Assembly (NCBI GenBank): GCA_028534125.1
Contig: CM052817.1
Coordinates: 24,988,001 to 25,052,000, forward strand
From: Lama glama
Lineage: Eukaryota
Direction of reading: 5' to 3'
DNA length: 64,000 nt
This document shows, piece after piece, positions 1 to 13,108 of this stretch. The notes beneath the pieces were generated by a model. It had not been told where the DNA came from and did not search any database. It saw nothing but the letters and a program-made list of their open reading frames with translations. Every line of letters starts with the position of its first letter. Positions within the stretch are counted from its first letter, which is position 1. Position numbers and translations under genes: made by a program.

Positions 1-79
1 AGAGAAATGAGATTAAGAAGTGTAACAAAATTGGCTTTGTTACTTTTAATAGGCAATTAATTATTTTGCATTGCTCTTT

Positions 80-560
80 TTAAAAAATGAAATCTATAGC
101 AAAGCACACAAATCAATGTTGTATAGTTCAATGAAATTAAAAAAATATTTTTGCAGTTAAAAGAAATTTTTGAGGCATAGTTTTTACAATATTATGTAAG
201 TTTCAGGTGTACAATATAGTCTCTCTCTCTCTCTTTTTTAAATGGAGGTACTGGGAATGGAACCCAGGACCTCGTGCATGCTAAGCAGGGGCTCTGTTAC
301 TGAGCTGTACCCTCCCTGTCTCAGATGTACAATGTAGTGATTCAGTTTTTAAAGGTTTTACTCTACTTATAGTAAAATACTGGCTGCATTTCAGTGAATT
401 TTCATAAGATGAATACGCCTGTGCAGCAGCACCCAGACTGGGAAATAGGGCCGTCCCGTCCCTCAGAACCCGGTCAGCACTACCCCCAGGGAACCACTGT
501 CCTGACTTCTGACGCTGTAGATAACTTTGAGTAAGCAAGTTAGTTTTTGACTGCAAAGTA
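80..560 (-). mobile_element. Old L1 3' fragment interrupted by a younger L1 3'-end fragment (~139-389) that holds the SINE
   Basis: L1 3'UTR-like text (gtttcaggtgtacaatatagt...gattcagtttttaaagg; aaccactgtcctgacttct); imperfect 12-bp flanking repeat at 127-138 and 390-401. Confidence 0.6.
221..320 (-). mobile_element. tRNA-derived SINE, camelid Vic-1-like, with A/(GA)n tail
   Basis: Reverse complement gggagggtacagctcag...gcttagcatgcacgaggtcctgggttccattcccagtacctcc has A/B-box-like motifs; 18-bp TSD at 203-220 and 321-338 (16/18 identical). Confidence 0.85.
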
Positions 561-1159
561 GTATTATCCAACTTGAGTCCCCATTATTTTCCTCAGATTT
601 GTCCCTCTGACTCATGGCTATTTATAAATCACCTTTAGGAAGGAGTGATTTGCCCCTTTGGAGGATGGTGAAGTCACATGGCCACATGGGCGGTATTAAG
701 GTGATGCCACCTCGCGAATCGTTTTCACTCAACAGGAGGGTCGCCCCGAGTCATGTTTCAGTTATTTTAAGGAGGGATTTATTTCTTGACCTTGTGTGAC
801 ACCCCAGACATGGTGTTCTCAGCCTCACCGACTTTCCCTGTGATGCCTAAGGTGCTCTGTGATGTAGTGTCTGGGCGACGGCTCTGGTGGTACCCTGTGT
901 TCACTGCAGTCTCATTTTCTGTCCATTTGAGTAGGTTCCTTCATGTGTATGTTGAGAAAAAGAAAACATATTAATAATTCTCCTTATTACTGTGTTCTTA
1001 GCCTTTTTTAATATTTTGAAATAAGTGATTGTGAAGAATTTCTCCAAGAAAATAGACATATTTTTGTGAGAGCAGCCCAAGGTTTAATTAAAGAGTAGGA
1101 GCGGAAAGAATGGGGCAGCTCTTGGGTGCCTTTCTGTCCTGTCTGCTCCTCTCTTTAAA

Positions 1160-1960
1160 AAAAAATAGACTTTATTTTTCAGAGCAGTTTTAGTTTCACA
1201 GAAAAAGTTCCTGTAAAACTTCTCATGCCCTCCCCCACCCTCCCCCAATCAGTTTCCTCTGTTAGAGTCTTGTTTTAGTGTGGTACCTTTATCACAGTTG
1301 ATGAGGTGGTATTGATGCATCTTTATTAACTAAAGCCCATAGTTTACATTAGGGTTCACGCCTGGTGTGGTACCTCCCATGGGTTCTGACAAACGTATAA
1401 TGGCATGCAGCCACCATTATAGTACCATACGGAATTGTTTCTTTGCCCTAAAAATTCTCTGTGCTCCACCTGTTCACCCCTCTGCCCCCCTTCAAGCCCC
1501 AGGCAACCACTCATCTTTTACTGTCTCCATAGTTTTGTCTTTTCCAGAATGTCAAATAGTTGGAATTATACAGTTTGTAGCGTTTTCAGATGGTCTTCTT
1601 TCCCTTCACAGTGTGCATCTGAGGTTCCTCTATGTCTTTTTATGGTTTGATAGCTCTTTTTAGTGCTGAATAATATTCCATCGTCTGGATGTACCTGTTT
1701 GTTTATCCATTCATCTATTGGAGAACATCTGGTTGCTTCTTAGTTTTGGCAGTTACGAATAAAGCTGCTGCAAACATTCCTATGCAAGCTTTTGTGTGGG
1801 CGTACAGTTTCAACTCCTTTTGGTGAATACTAAGCAGTGCGATTGCTGGCTTGCCTGGTGAGAATGTGGTCAGTTCTATAAGCAGCGGCCAGACTGGCTC
1901 CCTAAGTGGCTGCACCATTTCACGGTCCCGCCAGCAGTGAGTGAGAGGTCCTCCTGCCTC
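1160..1960 (-). mobile_element. L1M (L1MC-like) 3' region with degenerate ORF2 C-terminus
   Basis: agactttatttttcagagcagttttagtttcacagaaaa terminus; ORF 1715..1978(-) resembles ORF2p C-terminus (KELKLYAHTKACIGMFAAALFVTAK). Boundaries approximate. Confidence 0.8.
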
Positions 1961-3207
1961 CTGGGCCTTTAGATTCACAGTGGCCTTCCCGAAGTCAGCA
2001 GAATTAAGCTGGGATTGTGGTGTGTGACTGCCACTTTCCTCTCTTGAAGATCTGATTGGGACCTTCCCTGGAAAAATCCACTTGTTGCATAAAACATGTA
2101 AAAATTTATAACATTAAGGTCCCTGGCTTGGCATCCAGAGTGAGATCATCTGTTCTAGCCTTTAAAATAGTTAATCTTTAGATTTGAAATTTGGAAGAAT
2201 AGGAAGTCCTCAGTGAAAACAACCCCTTCTGATCATTTACTGTCATTTCCTTGAGTAACAGGAACAACTTATTTTAAATGATCTTTTTCTTTTAGAGAGG
2301 GAATGTCACAGGTCTGGGTTAGCGTCACTTCTGCTTCTAAAGTTTGTGCCACGAGGGCAAAATGATTGTTCCTTCGTTAGCTGGGCTGCCAAAGACAGCG
2401 CTGACCCAGACACAGATGCTTGTGTAGCTGATGCATTTATTACGCCTGGACTCTGTTTTAAAGGGCAGGCAGAGAGGAGGAGCAAGGCAGTGGATAACTG
2501 TCATTATGAAAAAGGTATGTTTCTAAAGTTTATAGACTAGAAGCTTTGTGTATTCCCAGAGTAATTCAGTTTTGTTTTCTTCATACTCAGAGAAAATAAT
2601 TAAATTAGATGGTCTTCTAAAAATGAACTGTGACTGGTATTTCAAATCCAAAGAATCTGGGAGCCAGAGGAGACCCTGGAGTGTATCTTGTGCATAGTGG
2701 AGATGGAGAAGCTAAGATTAAGTGACTGGCCTTTGGTCACACTTCTAGGCGGCACCTGGAACCTGCGTGTCCTGATTTCTAGTCCAGTGTGTCTTTCCAC
2801 TGCCCTGCCTAAAAAATAAAAAGCATATAAGGAATTTTTAAAGAAAGAAAGAAGAGAGAAACTGAGTCCATGCCATGAAAGTTTGTGTGTAAGTGCATGC
2901 CTGGTGGGGCTGCCAGAAAGTGCTCCGTGGTGAACACGTTTGACGTGAGGAAGGAACCGTAACCCGGGGTCCAGTTGCTGTCTTCCTTTCCGGTCCCTAA
3001 CCATAGGGTTTACAAATGTTGACCTTTGGGTGTTTGCACAGATTTTGTCCTTTTCTTCTGTTTTCAGGGCTGTTTATTAAATATTTTGACTATGCCTCTA
3101 ACTGATACGAAATATTTATTTTAGGTGTAAGGACATCAGAGCTTAATCTGGCCCACTGGCTCCATTATCTGTTTCTTTTAGAAAATTATCTCACTTTTTA
3201 GGATCAT

Positions 3208-3226
3208 CAGTGCCCCCTAGTGAGAT
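3208..3226 (-). promoter_or_regulatory. Candidate CTCF site
   Basis: Minus strand reads CTCACTAGGGGGCACTG, close to the core CCAC[CT]AG[GA]GGGC[AG]C. Motif match only. Confidence 0.45.
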
Positions 3227-3344
3227 GGTTGGGTAAAAAAAGCGCTAGTTGGTGGATGGAAGCTGTTAGCATTTTCAAAGGGATGGCTTAGCAGTTTTGG
3301 TGACAATTAAACATTAATGTATTCTTTTTTTTTCCCCCTTTAAG

Positions 3345-3455
3345 AAACTGAGACCAAGAAATGAGCAGCGAGAGAATGAATTGATTCTTTCTTTCTTGAG
3401 ATGTTTATATGAAGAGAAGCAAAAAGTTCATGTCCATGTTGGGGAGGTAAAGCAG
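3345..3455 (+). CDS. TBC1D1: TBC1D1 coding exon (~exon 8), 111 nt, phase 0-0: KLRPRNEQRENELILSFLRCLYEEKQKVHVHVGEVKQ
   Basis: Pyrimidine tract plus taag| acceptor and CAG|gtatgg donor; translation matches recalled human K435-Q471. Confidence 0.95.
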
Positions 3456-5959
3456 GTATGGCCTTTTTCTTTTTCTCTCTTATGAGTTTACCACGATGCT
3501 CTATAAAAGAGTCTTGAGGACTTTCTGAAGCTCTGAAGCCTCTTTCTCCTTTTATTTTATTTTCATTTGTTGCATGTACGGTAAACTTGGGAAAACTTGG
3601 GAATATTTAGATTGTGCTTGGAGGAGGTGAGAGAAGTGTCTGTCTGCGTTGTAGTAGGGGTGGGGCAGTTGCTCTGACGGGGGACTGGCATAGAACCTCA
3701 AGAGTGAGGTTTACAAGTAGCTGCCACCAAGACAAGCTACCTGACCTGCAGGGGCCAGTCTCTGTCACCTCACCCTCTCCCTGATAAAGTGGGAGTGACG
3801 TTGTACAGCTGCCTTCAGAATTACAGGAAGTACCCGAGTTCTTGTCACATAAATGCCGTGTGAATGTACGGTGGCGCTCTGACACAGCACAGGTGGCGCT
3901 GGCCTGGGTGCTGAGCCCTTCACATGGAGGGCATGTTCCTTCCGTCTCGCATGCTGGACGGATGTGCGGAGTCCGCCTCCCACCTCCACTGCCCACGGCT
4001 TTGTTCAGCTTTTCTGTGTGAGGGGTGCTGTGTCAGAAGCTGGGGCCACCTGCAGGTCTCTGTCTTTGAAAAGTTTTGCATTTGGGATTCAGTACACATG
4101 GGGCCAAGGACCATTTTCCTACATTTTTTGAACTCTGTGTAAGTCAATCATAATAACCATTATAACTTCTAGACATGCATTTTATTTTTTTGTTTACTGG
4201 TAAGCCAGAAAATCTAGAGAAAAATCAGTAAAGGATGTTCAAAAAATCTTTAATTTCCAAAAGTATATTGCCTTTTTAAAAAAACAACACCAAAAACCAC
4301 TCCCTGAGTGTCTATTCTGAAGGCACTGTAAAGCTCAGTCATGTGCTCTCTTCCTTGTGTTTTCCCTGTAAACAGCCCCTGCTTTTCTGGTAACCTGACC
4401 GTGATGCAGTTTTGCTGGGATCGCACATAGCGACTCTCCCCATTTGTTTCTCCCTTCCGGTTGCCTTCGGCAGTCATGTGCCCTTCCTGAGCTCTTAATC
4501 ACATACAGTGTCCAACATTGTTTTTAATCTCATTGGCCGGCTCTAGGGCCCCTTAGCTGCGACCCTAGTACCAGTACGTGGTGTTTTGGCCTTTATGTGT
4601 TGACGTTCCCCCCCTTGCAGCCAGTGCCCTTGAGGCCGCCTGCGAGTTCTGGGCGCCACCTGTTCACTTTTGGGTGGGCCACCCAGTCTAAGTTTTCAGT
4701 TAATTCTCTGGTTCACTATTCCTTTTCTTGTTTCCTTTCCTCTTCTCTTTTGTGCCACTGACAGTTGTTCTACGTTCTGATTTTCTTCCTCCTGAGTCAG
4801 TCCAACTTACTCCAACAGGAAATTGATAACTTTGAAATAATTTATAACTGCTAGAAAGGGGAATGAAGCATTTCTGGTGGGTGGGAAGTTTTGACCTCAG
4901 GGCAGTCTCATTTTTATGGAACAGGGTAATATCTTTATGATTTGGACATAGGCTAGTACAATGGAGAAATATATTTCATGCTTTTTTCCATTTGAAAACA
5001 GAATTTAAAGGAGACTGAGCCTCAAGGTGGAACTGGCATCTGGGCATCCCTTTCACTAGAGGTTTCTAAACATTCTGTAACCCAAGAGGCTTGTGTCTTT
5101 GCCTGTAAGGAAGTTGCCCCGATCCCCAGTGGTTGGGTGGTCCCGCAGGCTGGACACCCTCTTGGGCTCTGAGCTTAGCTTTTCAGAGCAGCAACTGCTT
5201 CATAGATGGATCAGATGGACTTTCGAGAGTCACCAGTAGATTCTTGCTCTTACTTTCTGCTACCAGATGGTTTAACTACATGGATTTCATTACCTTCTTG
5301 TTACTCCTAAAAATTCCTGAAACCTTTGAAAATGTGTTATGACTTGACCAGAGAAAAATGGAACTGTGGTCTGTGCCCACCAGCTTTCAGAAGTGGATCA
5401 AAGACATGAACACAGTCTCAGGGCTGTACTTCTCAGAGCCATGGTGATTGCATGCCATGCGTGTTTTTCAGACTAAAATGCTGGTGTTGGAGGCTGGTAG
5501 AGGGATCGTTTTATAAAGTAGAAAACAAACTGAATGAATCCTTTGATCTTACGGGAAAGGATTCAGTTTGGACAAAGGCCTATAAATTAATAAAGTTTAA
5601 AGGGTACCACGTTTTAATCATTTTTGCTTGTGTTCACTGAACTGGTACAGAAATTAATAATATTAAATCAACTGCCACTGGTTGAATGTTTGCCATGTAT
5701 CAGACGTAGTTTTAATTTTTTACACGACTTCTGCCATTTTTTCTACAACGCCTTTTTGAGTTCGGTGGCATGATACCCATGTGAGACACGAGGACATGGG
5801 GAACAGGGTCAAGATGTTTGCTGGGCAGTGTGGAGCCCATGTGTCTGAGGTCCAAGGACATCATCTTAATCATCATGCCCTTTAGGAGCTTAATTATCAA
5901 AATTTAATATTATGTAATTACTCATTGATATGCCTGGGTCCATTACCTAGTAGATAAGT

Positions 5960-6655
5960 TTTTTTTCTGACATTTTATTACAGAAATTGTCAGACATACA
6001 GAAAAGTTGAAAGAATTGCACAGTGAGCACTTTTATACCCACCATCTGGCTGAAACTGTTTTTAGCACTGTTGTGTTTGCTGCCGTGTATCTGTCCGTCT
6101 CCTACGCCACCTTACTTCTGATGCCTTTCAAAGCAAGTTTCTGATGTTAGTACTCTTGATTCCCAAACACTTTAGTTTGCCTATCATTAACGAGAGTTTG
6201 GTATTTATCTGTTTTTTTGAGATAACATTTGCATATAGTAAGTTGCACAAATCTTGAGTGAACCATCTGTTGAGTTTTAAGGATTTCATACATTTAGTTA
6301 GCCCCAACCGCTCTCAAGATATAGAACATGTCCATCACTCCAGAAAGTACCCCACACCCCGTCAGTCCTCCGTCCCTCAGGCAACCACTCTTTTGATTTT
6401 TTTTCCACCATAGGTTAGTTTTGACTGTTCTAGAACTTTCTATAAATGGAATCATACAGTATGTTCTCTTTTAGTTCTGGCTTCTTTCTCTTAGCGTAAT
6501 GTTTTTGATGTTGCATAAATCAGTAATGTGTTCCTTTTTATCCCATTGTGTCCATACCACAGTTTATTTCTCTATTCTCCTTTTGTTGGACACCTAAGCT
6601 GTTTCCAGGTTCTGGTTATTGTGAATAAAGCTGCTGGTGAATATGCTGTGACAGC
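5960..6655 (-). mobile_element. Old L1M 3'UTR fragment(s)
   Basis: Typical L1M motifs (gttctagaactttctataaatggaatcatacagtatg; gtttccaggttctggttattgtgaataaagctgct). Boundaries approximate. Confidence 0.75.
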
Positions 6656-7929
6656 TTAGGATGGTGGGTTCTCAACTGAGGACTTCATTTTAGCTTCAGA
6701 ATTTGAAACTTGGCTCCAAATGTTCAGGCTTAGAGTTCTCCCCTCTGTCTTGGGATGGGCAGTGTGAGCACTGTGGTACAATTCACTCTAGAACCGCAAA
6801 CTAGGAACTTTAAAGGAGAAACGTCTAGATGCTTAGTTTAAAATAAACAAGGAATGTGTTATTTCCTAAATGAAATTATTTTCTAAGCATGAATTATTTT
6901 CTAAATGTGAATTTTCAGGTTGCATTTGAATTATGACGATAGACAGAAAAGAATGATTTTAGACTGTAGAGGAGAGCAGAAGCAGCACTGAAGTGCAGAG
7001 AGACTCTAGTGGGCTGGTTTATTAAAAACAAAAACAAAAACAAAACACCAGCACAGGTTTTCTGTGTAGGATCTACTGCATACTACTAGTCTTTTACCCA
7101 GTATTTTCCTTATATGTCAACACAATTCAAAATGCTTCTCTTTTATGAAAACTTTTGTTATGAGTTTGAAAGCAAGTCTACAGCTTTGTACCTTTGTGAG
7201 TGAGCTAGTGTTGAGTCAAATACAGGTACCTGAGCTCCTTTATGGGTAATTCCCTTTGCTCTGGAGGCTGCTTTGTGTCTGGGTAAGCTCTTATTCTTGG
7301 TAAATGATTGCATAGGACCAAATTGCAGTTAATAAGGCACCCACCCATGGTACATAACTTGGTCAATATTTGTTGAGTGAGTGTCACTGTTCTCAACACC
7401 TGCAGGATATAGCTGGGGTGAATTGAAGGCATTTATTGTATTAATCTGCACACTTCTCTATATACTTGAAATATGTAACAACAACAAGGAATAGTCGATG
7501 TTTAGAGTAATGAAGGATGTGGTGGTTGTTTTCTAACAATCATCATCTAGCAGGAAGCATTCAGGTAAGCATCCAGAGAAGCAGCAGTTTAATTTTGAGG
7601 ATTAAAAAATTTTTATTTTAGCATACCTCTGTTAATAAGTAACATTAAACTTCATTTTGTGATTGGCAAACAGATTTAGCTTCATGTTATGGTCACTTAA
7701 GGAGGAGATGCTTCGTTGCAGGGGAGAACGAATGGGATGATGGAAAGAAGAGGTGGGAGAGAGGAAAAAGTAGGATTCTGTAGAAGGGGATGAAGATTAT
7801 TGTAGGCAGAGGGGGATGGATTCTTCAGTTGATTAATTTGTCTTACCCTGTGAAATGCCCCCAAAAGTAAGTTGTTACTTTACTCTAAAGAGCTAATCAT
7901 AGCTCCCTTAGTACTGGAAGCTGTGCCCA

Positions 7930-8105
7930 GTGCTTTAATGCTTTACCTGTTTTAATCACAGTGCAACACAGTGCTATGATTATATCTTGAGGTTGGTCTC
8001 AATTTACAGAAAAGGAAATTGTGGCTCAGAGTAAGTAACTTGCATAAGGCCACAGCTAATAAATGACATATCTCTGACCCAGCCCCAGAGCCCAAGCTCT
8101 AAGCT
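7930..8105 (-). mobile_element. MIR SINE remnant
   Basis: tttacagaaaaggaaattgtggctcagagtaagtaacttgcataaggccacagctaataaatg resembles the MIR core. Confidence 0.65.
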
Positions 8106-8368
8106 GCTTTGTTAACTGATTGGCTTCTAAGCAGATCTCCTCATTACATTTGGAGTAGGCAAAGCAACTCTTTGAGGCAAAATTATTTCCTGGACTTGCA
8201 GTCATGTCACCAAGTGACAGATGAGAAGAGGTCACAGAAAGAATATGGCCTGGGGTCAAAAAGATGCATCCTAGAGACTTTTCAATCCTTTTTTTTTTTT
8301 TTAAAGGTAGGAAAAGAGGAAGGCAGGAGGCTCTAAGTGACTTGACTTTACATTGTTTTATTTTTTAG

Positions 8369-8497
8369 ACATCACAGATTGTGGCAGAGAATATTGGAAG
8401 TGAATTGCCATCTAGTGCCACTCGATTTAGGCTAGATATGCTGAAGAACAAAGCAAAGAAATCTTTAACAGAGTCTTTAGAAAGTATTTTGTCCCGG
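8369..8497 (+). CDS. TBC1D1: TBC1D1 coding exon (~exon 9), 129 nt, phase 0-0: TSQIVAENIGSELPSSATRFRLDMLKNKAKKSLTESLESILSR
   Basis: ttttttag| acceptor and CGG|gtaagt donor; matches recalled human T472-R514. Confidence 0.96.
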
Positions 8498-8885
8498 GTA
8501 AGTGCCATAATTTCTCTTAATTTAAGTTAAATCACTTTTTGAGAGAGCATGAGATTCAGTTCTTTGTTTTCACTCCATCAGTGTTCATCATGAAGTATAG
8601 AAGGGTAAGACCTTTTAAAATGTCTTCTCAGTCTTCGAATAATGTTATCTTCACTTAAAATTCAGGTTTTAACTTGGCCTTAGTTTTAAAAAAAACTTCA
8701 CTCTTTTGTAGATTATATCCATGGAATTTTTGTCTCCCAGAGAATGTTATTTGTTGGCTAGTCCCTCTAAAGAGCACGGATTAGATACGCCAACATGTGG
8801 GTTCCATTCTCCCTTGTGTCACTAGGTACAATTTGAAAATCCAGTTATTGTCAGCTGTTATTGTTATATGTCTGGAACTTCTAAG

Positions 8886-9090
8886 CAGGATCTGCAAACA
8901 GTGGCCCTTGGGTCAAATACCATTCATCTCTGGTTTTTGTAACTAAAGATTTATTGAAACACAACCACATCAGTTCATTCACCTGTTGTCTAAGGCTGCT
9001 TTTCTGCAGAGTCAAGTAGTTGCCACAGACACCACAGAGCATAAGAGCTTTATTTTCTGTCCCGTTACAGAAAAAGTTTGTGGCCTGCAG
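8886..9090. mobile_element. MER58A-like hAT-Charlie MITE
   Basis: caggatctgcaaac...taaagatttattgaaacacaaccaca...ttacagaaaaagtttg resembles the recalled MER58 consensus. Confidence 0.7.
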
Positions 9091-9775
9091 CTCTCTAGGA
9101 AGAACGAGTATGTGTATGATGCTCCAATCTGAGGGTTCTTTAAGAAATCACTACCACCCCGTCCCCCTTCGTTCTCATGGGTGTAAATACCCTCGATGGC
9201 ACTTCTAAGAAATAAGAGTTAGGTTTTCTCTCAAAGTTTTGCACCTTTCTGGAGCTTGCAGTTGTCTTCTTACAGTTCTTTTTTATTTCACGAACCACTC
9301 CATTTGATGAATCATGCTTTAGTTTTCGTAGAAGTTAAATTTTATTGTGTGTGAAGATGTTTCTGAGAATTTTGCAGCAACCTTACAGATAATTAAAACC
9401 ATTTCACTTACAAAACCAGAGTTGGAGTGGGGCTGCTTTGGAGAGCTCCCAAGTGGAGAAATGGCGGTTTGGGTGTCACAGCCTGGCAGGTCATGATGCC
9501 GTGTGACTCAGGAGAGCGATGTTGAGCGTGCACACTTCAGCACTTGCTCTTCCTAGACATGTCTCTTCCCCTGCCCGTCATCCTGCCAATGACTAATCCA
9601 AAAGGTGCTTTGAAACATTCAGGTTCAGGTTGGCTTAAAAGAATATGATTGTCTCAATGCACATATGCACTCAACAGTGTTTCTCAGTAAATGCATTTTT
9701 CCTGAGCTTATTTAAACAGATCAGGTCACTTCCTTTGCAAAACCTCAGGGGTCGTAACTGCCTTTCTTTATGCAG

Positions 9776-9862
9776 GGTAATAAAGCCAAAGGCCTGCAGG
9801 AGCACTCCGCCAATCTGGACTTGGACAGCTCTGCGTCTAGCACATTAAGTAACACCAGTAAG
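9776..9862 (+). CDS. TBC1D1: TBC1D1 coding exon (~exon 10), 87 nt, phase 0-0: GNKAKGLQEHSANLDLDSSASSTLSNTSK
   Basis: ctttctttatgcag| acceptor and AAG|gtaagc donor; matches recalled human G515-K543. Confidence 0.95.
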
Positions 9863-12800
9863 GTAAGCACATTTCTTTTTAAGTGACCCCCTGAAGAAAC
9901 CAGCACATGGGTCTTCCTCGTCCCCTATGTACAGGGTCTGTGAAGGGGAACAAAAGAAACTCGTATCTCCAATCATGAAAAGTTTGGTGCTTCCAGACCT
10001 CCAGGTGCAGGTGGAGGGCTGGTCATGCAGTTCTGTTCCAAGAAAAAAGGTTTACCTACCAAAGCAGATGCTATCCCATAAGCGAAGGAACAAAATCGCA
10101 GTTTTAGACCACTGAGATCTAATTTAGCACAATGCAGTCAATGGATTTCTTAAATCGATTTTCCAATGAAATCTAAATGAAATATTAAAAATAATTTAGA
10201 GAAACCTCAAAATTGGGTTTGTGAATTCTGAGAAGTATGTAGGGTAAATTCCTGAAACTTACTTTATCCTCTGGCTGGCTCTATGATTATAATTAAACAT
10301 TACTATTTTTATAAATAAGCAGTGAAGCCTCCACCCTCAGTCTGTCACCAATGGGCACAGCTTTGTGACAGCGAGCAAGTCGGCAGTTCTCTTTGGTGAC
10401 AAACCTGTATCTATGTCCTTGTTTTAATTTCTTGCTTTCTAGACATACAAGCGTATTTAAACCTAGTTAGTTGAACTTTTAACCACCAGAAACTACCAGA
10501 AAAGTGGATTTTGGATTTTGTGCTGGGACAGTCAGCTTTCCTTCTGCGACCAGAATGCCCTCAGATGGAAGAGAGGGGAGTTTTTGTGAAAGCCAGCTCC
10601 CTACTACAGGAATCTTAAGTTCTTTTGAGCTCCCTCTGGGGCATGTGGCTTTCAAAGTTTTTAGACCATAAGCGACAGTAATTTACACATTTAACAATGC
10701 GAAATGGTTCACAGACAAACATACACACTCACACATAAAATTTCACAAAACAGAATTTACTGTAAACAATATGTGGTACATACTGGTTTTTTCTATTCTG
10801 TTTTGAAAAGTTTAGTGAAAAAGACCACAAAATTGATACTACTACCTACTAATGTGTTAGAGTCTATAGTTTGAGAAACACTGCCTTAGTGGAGTGCTTT
10901 TTCAAATTCTAAGGTGCATCTTTAGTGGGGTCTGGTTAAAATGCAGATTCTGATTCAATAGGCCTGGGGTGAGGCCTAAAATGCTGACCCACTTGGGGGA
11001 GCAAGACCCTAGACACACCCACCTTCTGCATGTGATTTTCTAAGTTAGAATCTTGTGGGATGTAGTGTCATCTGTGCTCCGTTGCCCACATACTGATTCT
11101 GCCAACAATTCATTTGAAGTGTGGAAGCACTATGGTTTGTTTATGCTCTGGATATAGCTGAATAAGACAGAGCCCCTCCCCACTGGGAGCTCATCTGGTA
11201 GGAAGGAGGCGACAGATACACGGCATTGAGTGGTGAGTGCTGTGCGCCTGAGAGTTCAAGTAAGAGCTGGTGGTAGCTCAGTGGTCACAGGAGTCCGGGG
11301 AGGGATGATATTTTTGGTCAGTGGGACCAGAAAAAGCTGGCGGGGTTGTAGGGGGCAGTATTGCTTCTGAATTAAATCTTGGGGTAACTGTAGGAATTGT
11401 ACCGTGGAAGTGGACAGGGAAAAAGGTGTTCCAGATTAGTTCAAATAAACATACTGTGAAGAAATTCATAGCACTCAAGTGACTTTCCCAGAAAGTCTTA
11501 TTGCTTGTTTTTTTATTCTTCTTCAAAACACAGATCTGGGAATATACACATAGCTTGAATTTCTAGGGTAATTCTGGGAGAAATACAGCTTTTCAAAAGT
11601 TACCTATGTGTATTGTATGTGTGGCTGTCTGTACTTCTTTACATATTTTTTCATCCTGAGATTAAGAAACTGTTGTAAAGATGTGCTTTTATGTAATTGA
11701 ATCTCTTCTAATAAATGGATTGTCTAGAAGCAAAGAAGCTGAGCATCTGAGTGGCCCTTTCAGGTGTAAGGTTAAGCAAAGGGTGAGCTGGTCCATGTAA
11801 TTTGGAGGGGTTAATGAGAGTTGAGATGAGCAGGCTTGCATGATGGCCATTGCTTGATGTATTGTCTTAGACACATTTTTAAACCCTTAAATTAAAAGAA
11901 TCTTTGCAACTGTAGAGTCTTGAAGAATGAAAAATTGAAGTTATGTTTAAAGTAATTAACGTTTCATAATGTTTTGGGAATTAAGCCTTTTAAATCTGAT
12001 TACTAAAAAATTAAGTTTGTATAATCTCTCTCCTCAATAAACATAAATTTAATTTCTTAAAATCCTTAATACCCATCATCTAAAAGACACTCAACTGCGG
12101 GGGCAGGTGAACAAGAAGAATTTAGATTCTCCAGTCCACCATTAGATGCATTCGTTTCTTTTTGCGCTTTTCGTGTTGATTTATTTATCCCTTCTAGCAG
12201 TTCTAGTAGGGACAAGCTGGCACACTTCGTCTTATTTTATGTTGTTTGATTTGAGGAAAATATATTGGCCCCCAGCCATGTCTTGGGCGTGCAGCACTAG
12301 GTGTGAGTGGTGGCAGTTCATTCCCTTGAAAAAGTATGCATCTGGCAAGCCTGCAGTGTGAAGATATTGTCATGGTTCTCAACAAGTGTTTGCGTACCCA
12401 CTCAGTAAATTCACTGAGTACCTAATAAATAATAACTTACATTTGCATAACATTTTAAGTGAACGGGTACTTATGGTTGTATTATCTTGCTTAATTCCGA
12501 CACCCAGTGAGATAAATTTTCACTGCGCCCTTTTACAGATGAGGAACTTAAAGTGTAGGGAGAAGTTGAGAGATTTGCCCTGAACCACGGCAAGAAGTGC
12601 TTAGAGAGATTTTTCCGTATCTAAGAATAATACAGGATATAATTTTTAACCCTCAGGATTACCAGGTTAAATCTTAACATTAGGTCCAGTTCCGAGAGAG
12701 TCTTAAAATATGGGTATGACATGTATGAACCCACTTGGCTGAGATAAAGAACTTGATTTGTTTAAACGGTGCGGACAGGTTACACAACTGTCTGCTTATA

Positions 12801-13108
12801 AGCAACAGTAAAGAGTTCTGTCTTCTAGACAGAGAACTATTTCAGCTTTGCTTGGGACAGTTGCAAGCTGTAATTTACGGCCTTCACACCTGCGTTTGGT
12901 AGTTTCCCCATTTGTCCTGCAAACAAGTGTCTGTCTCTAACAGCAGGCATTTAATGGGCCTTTACTGCGTTGCACTTTTGGTGGCTTCTAGACGGCGTTT
13001 ATAATCAGAAGATATGCATACTGAAATGTTTTCCTGCCGCTGGAATTGAAGTTATGAATCTCACAAGTGCCCTGTGATGTGTCTGATGTGCTGTCTGTCT
13101 GCTGCCAG

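Noticed and set aside
6868..6916. ~19-bp near-tandem duplication (aattattttctaa twice)
   Set aside because: Ordinary local duplication in an AT-rich intron.
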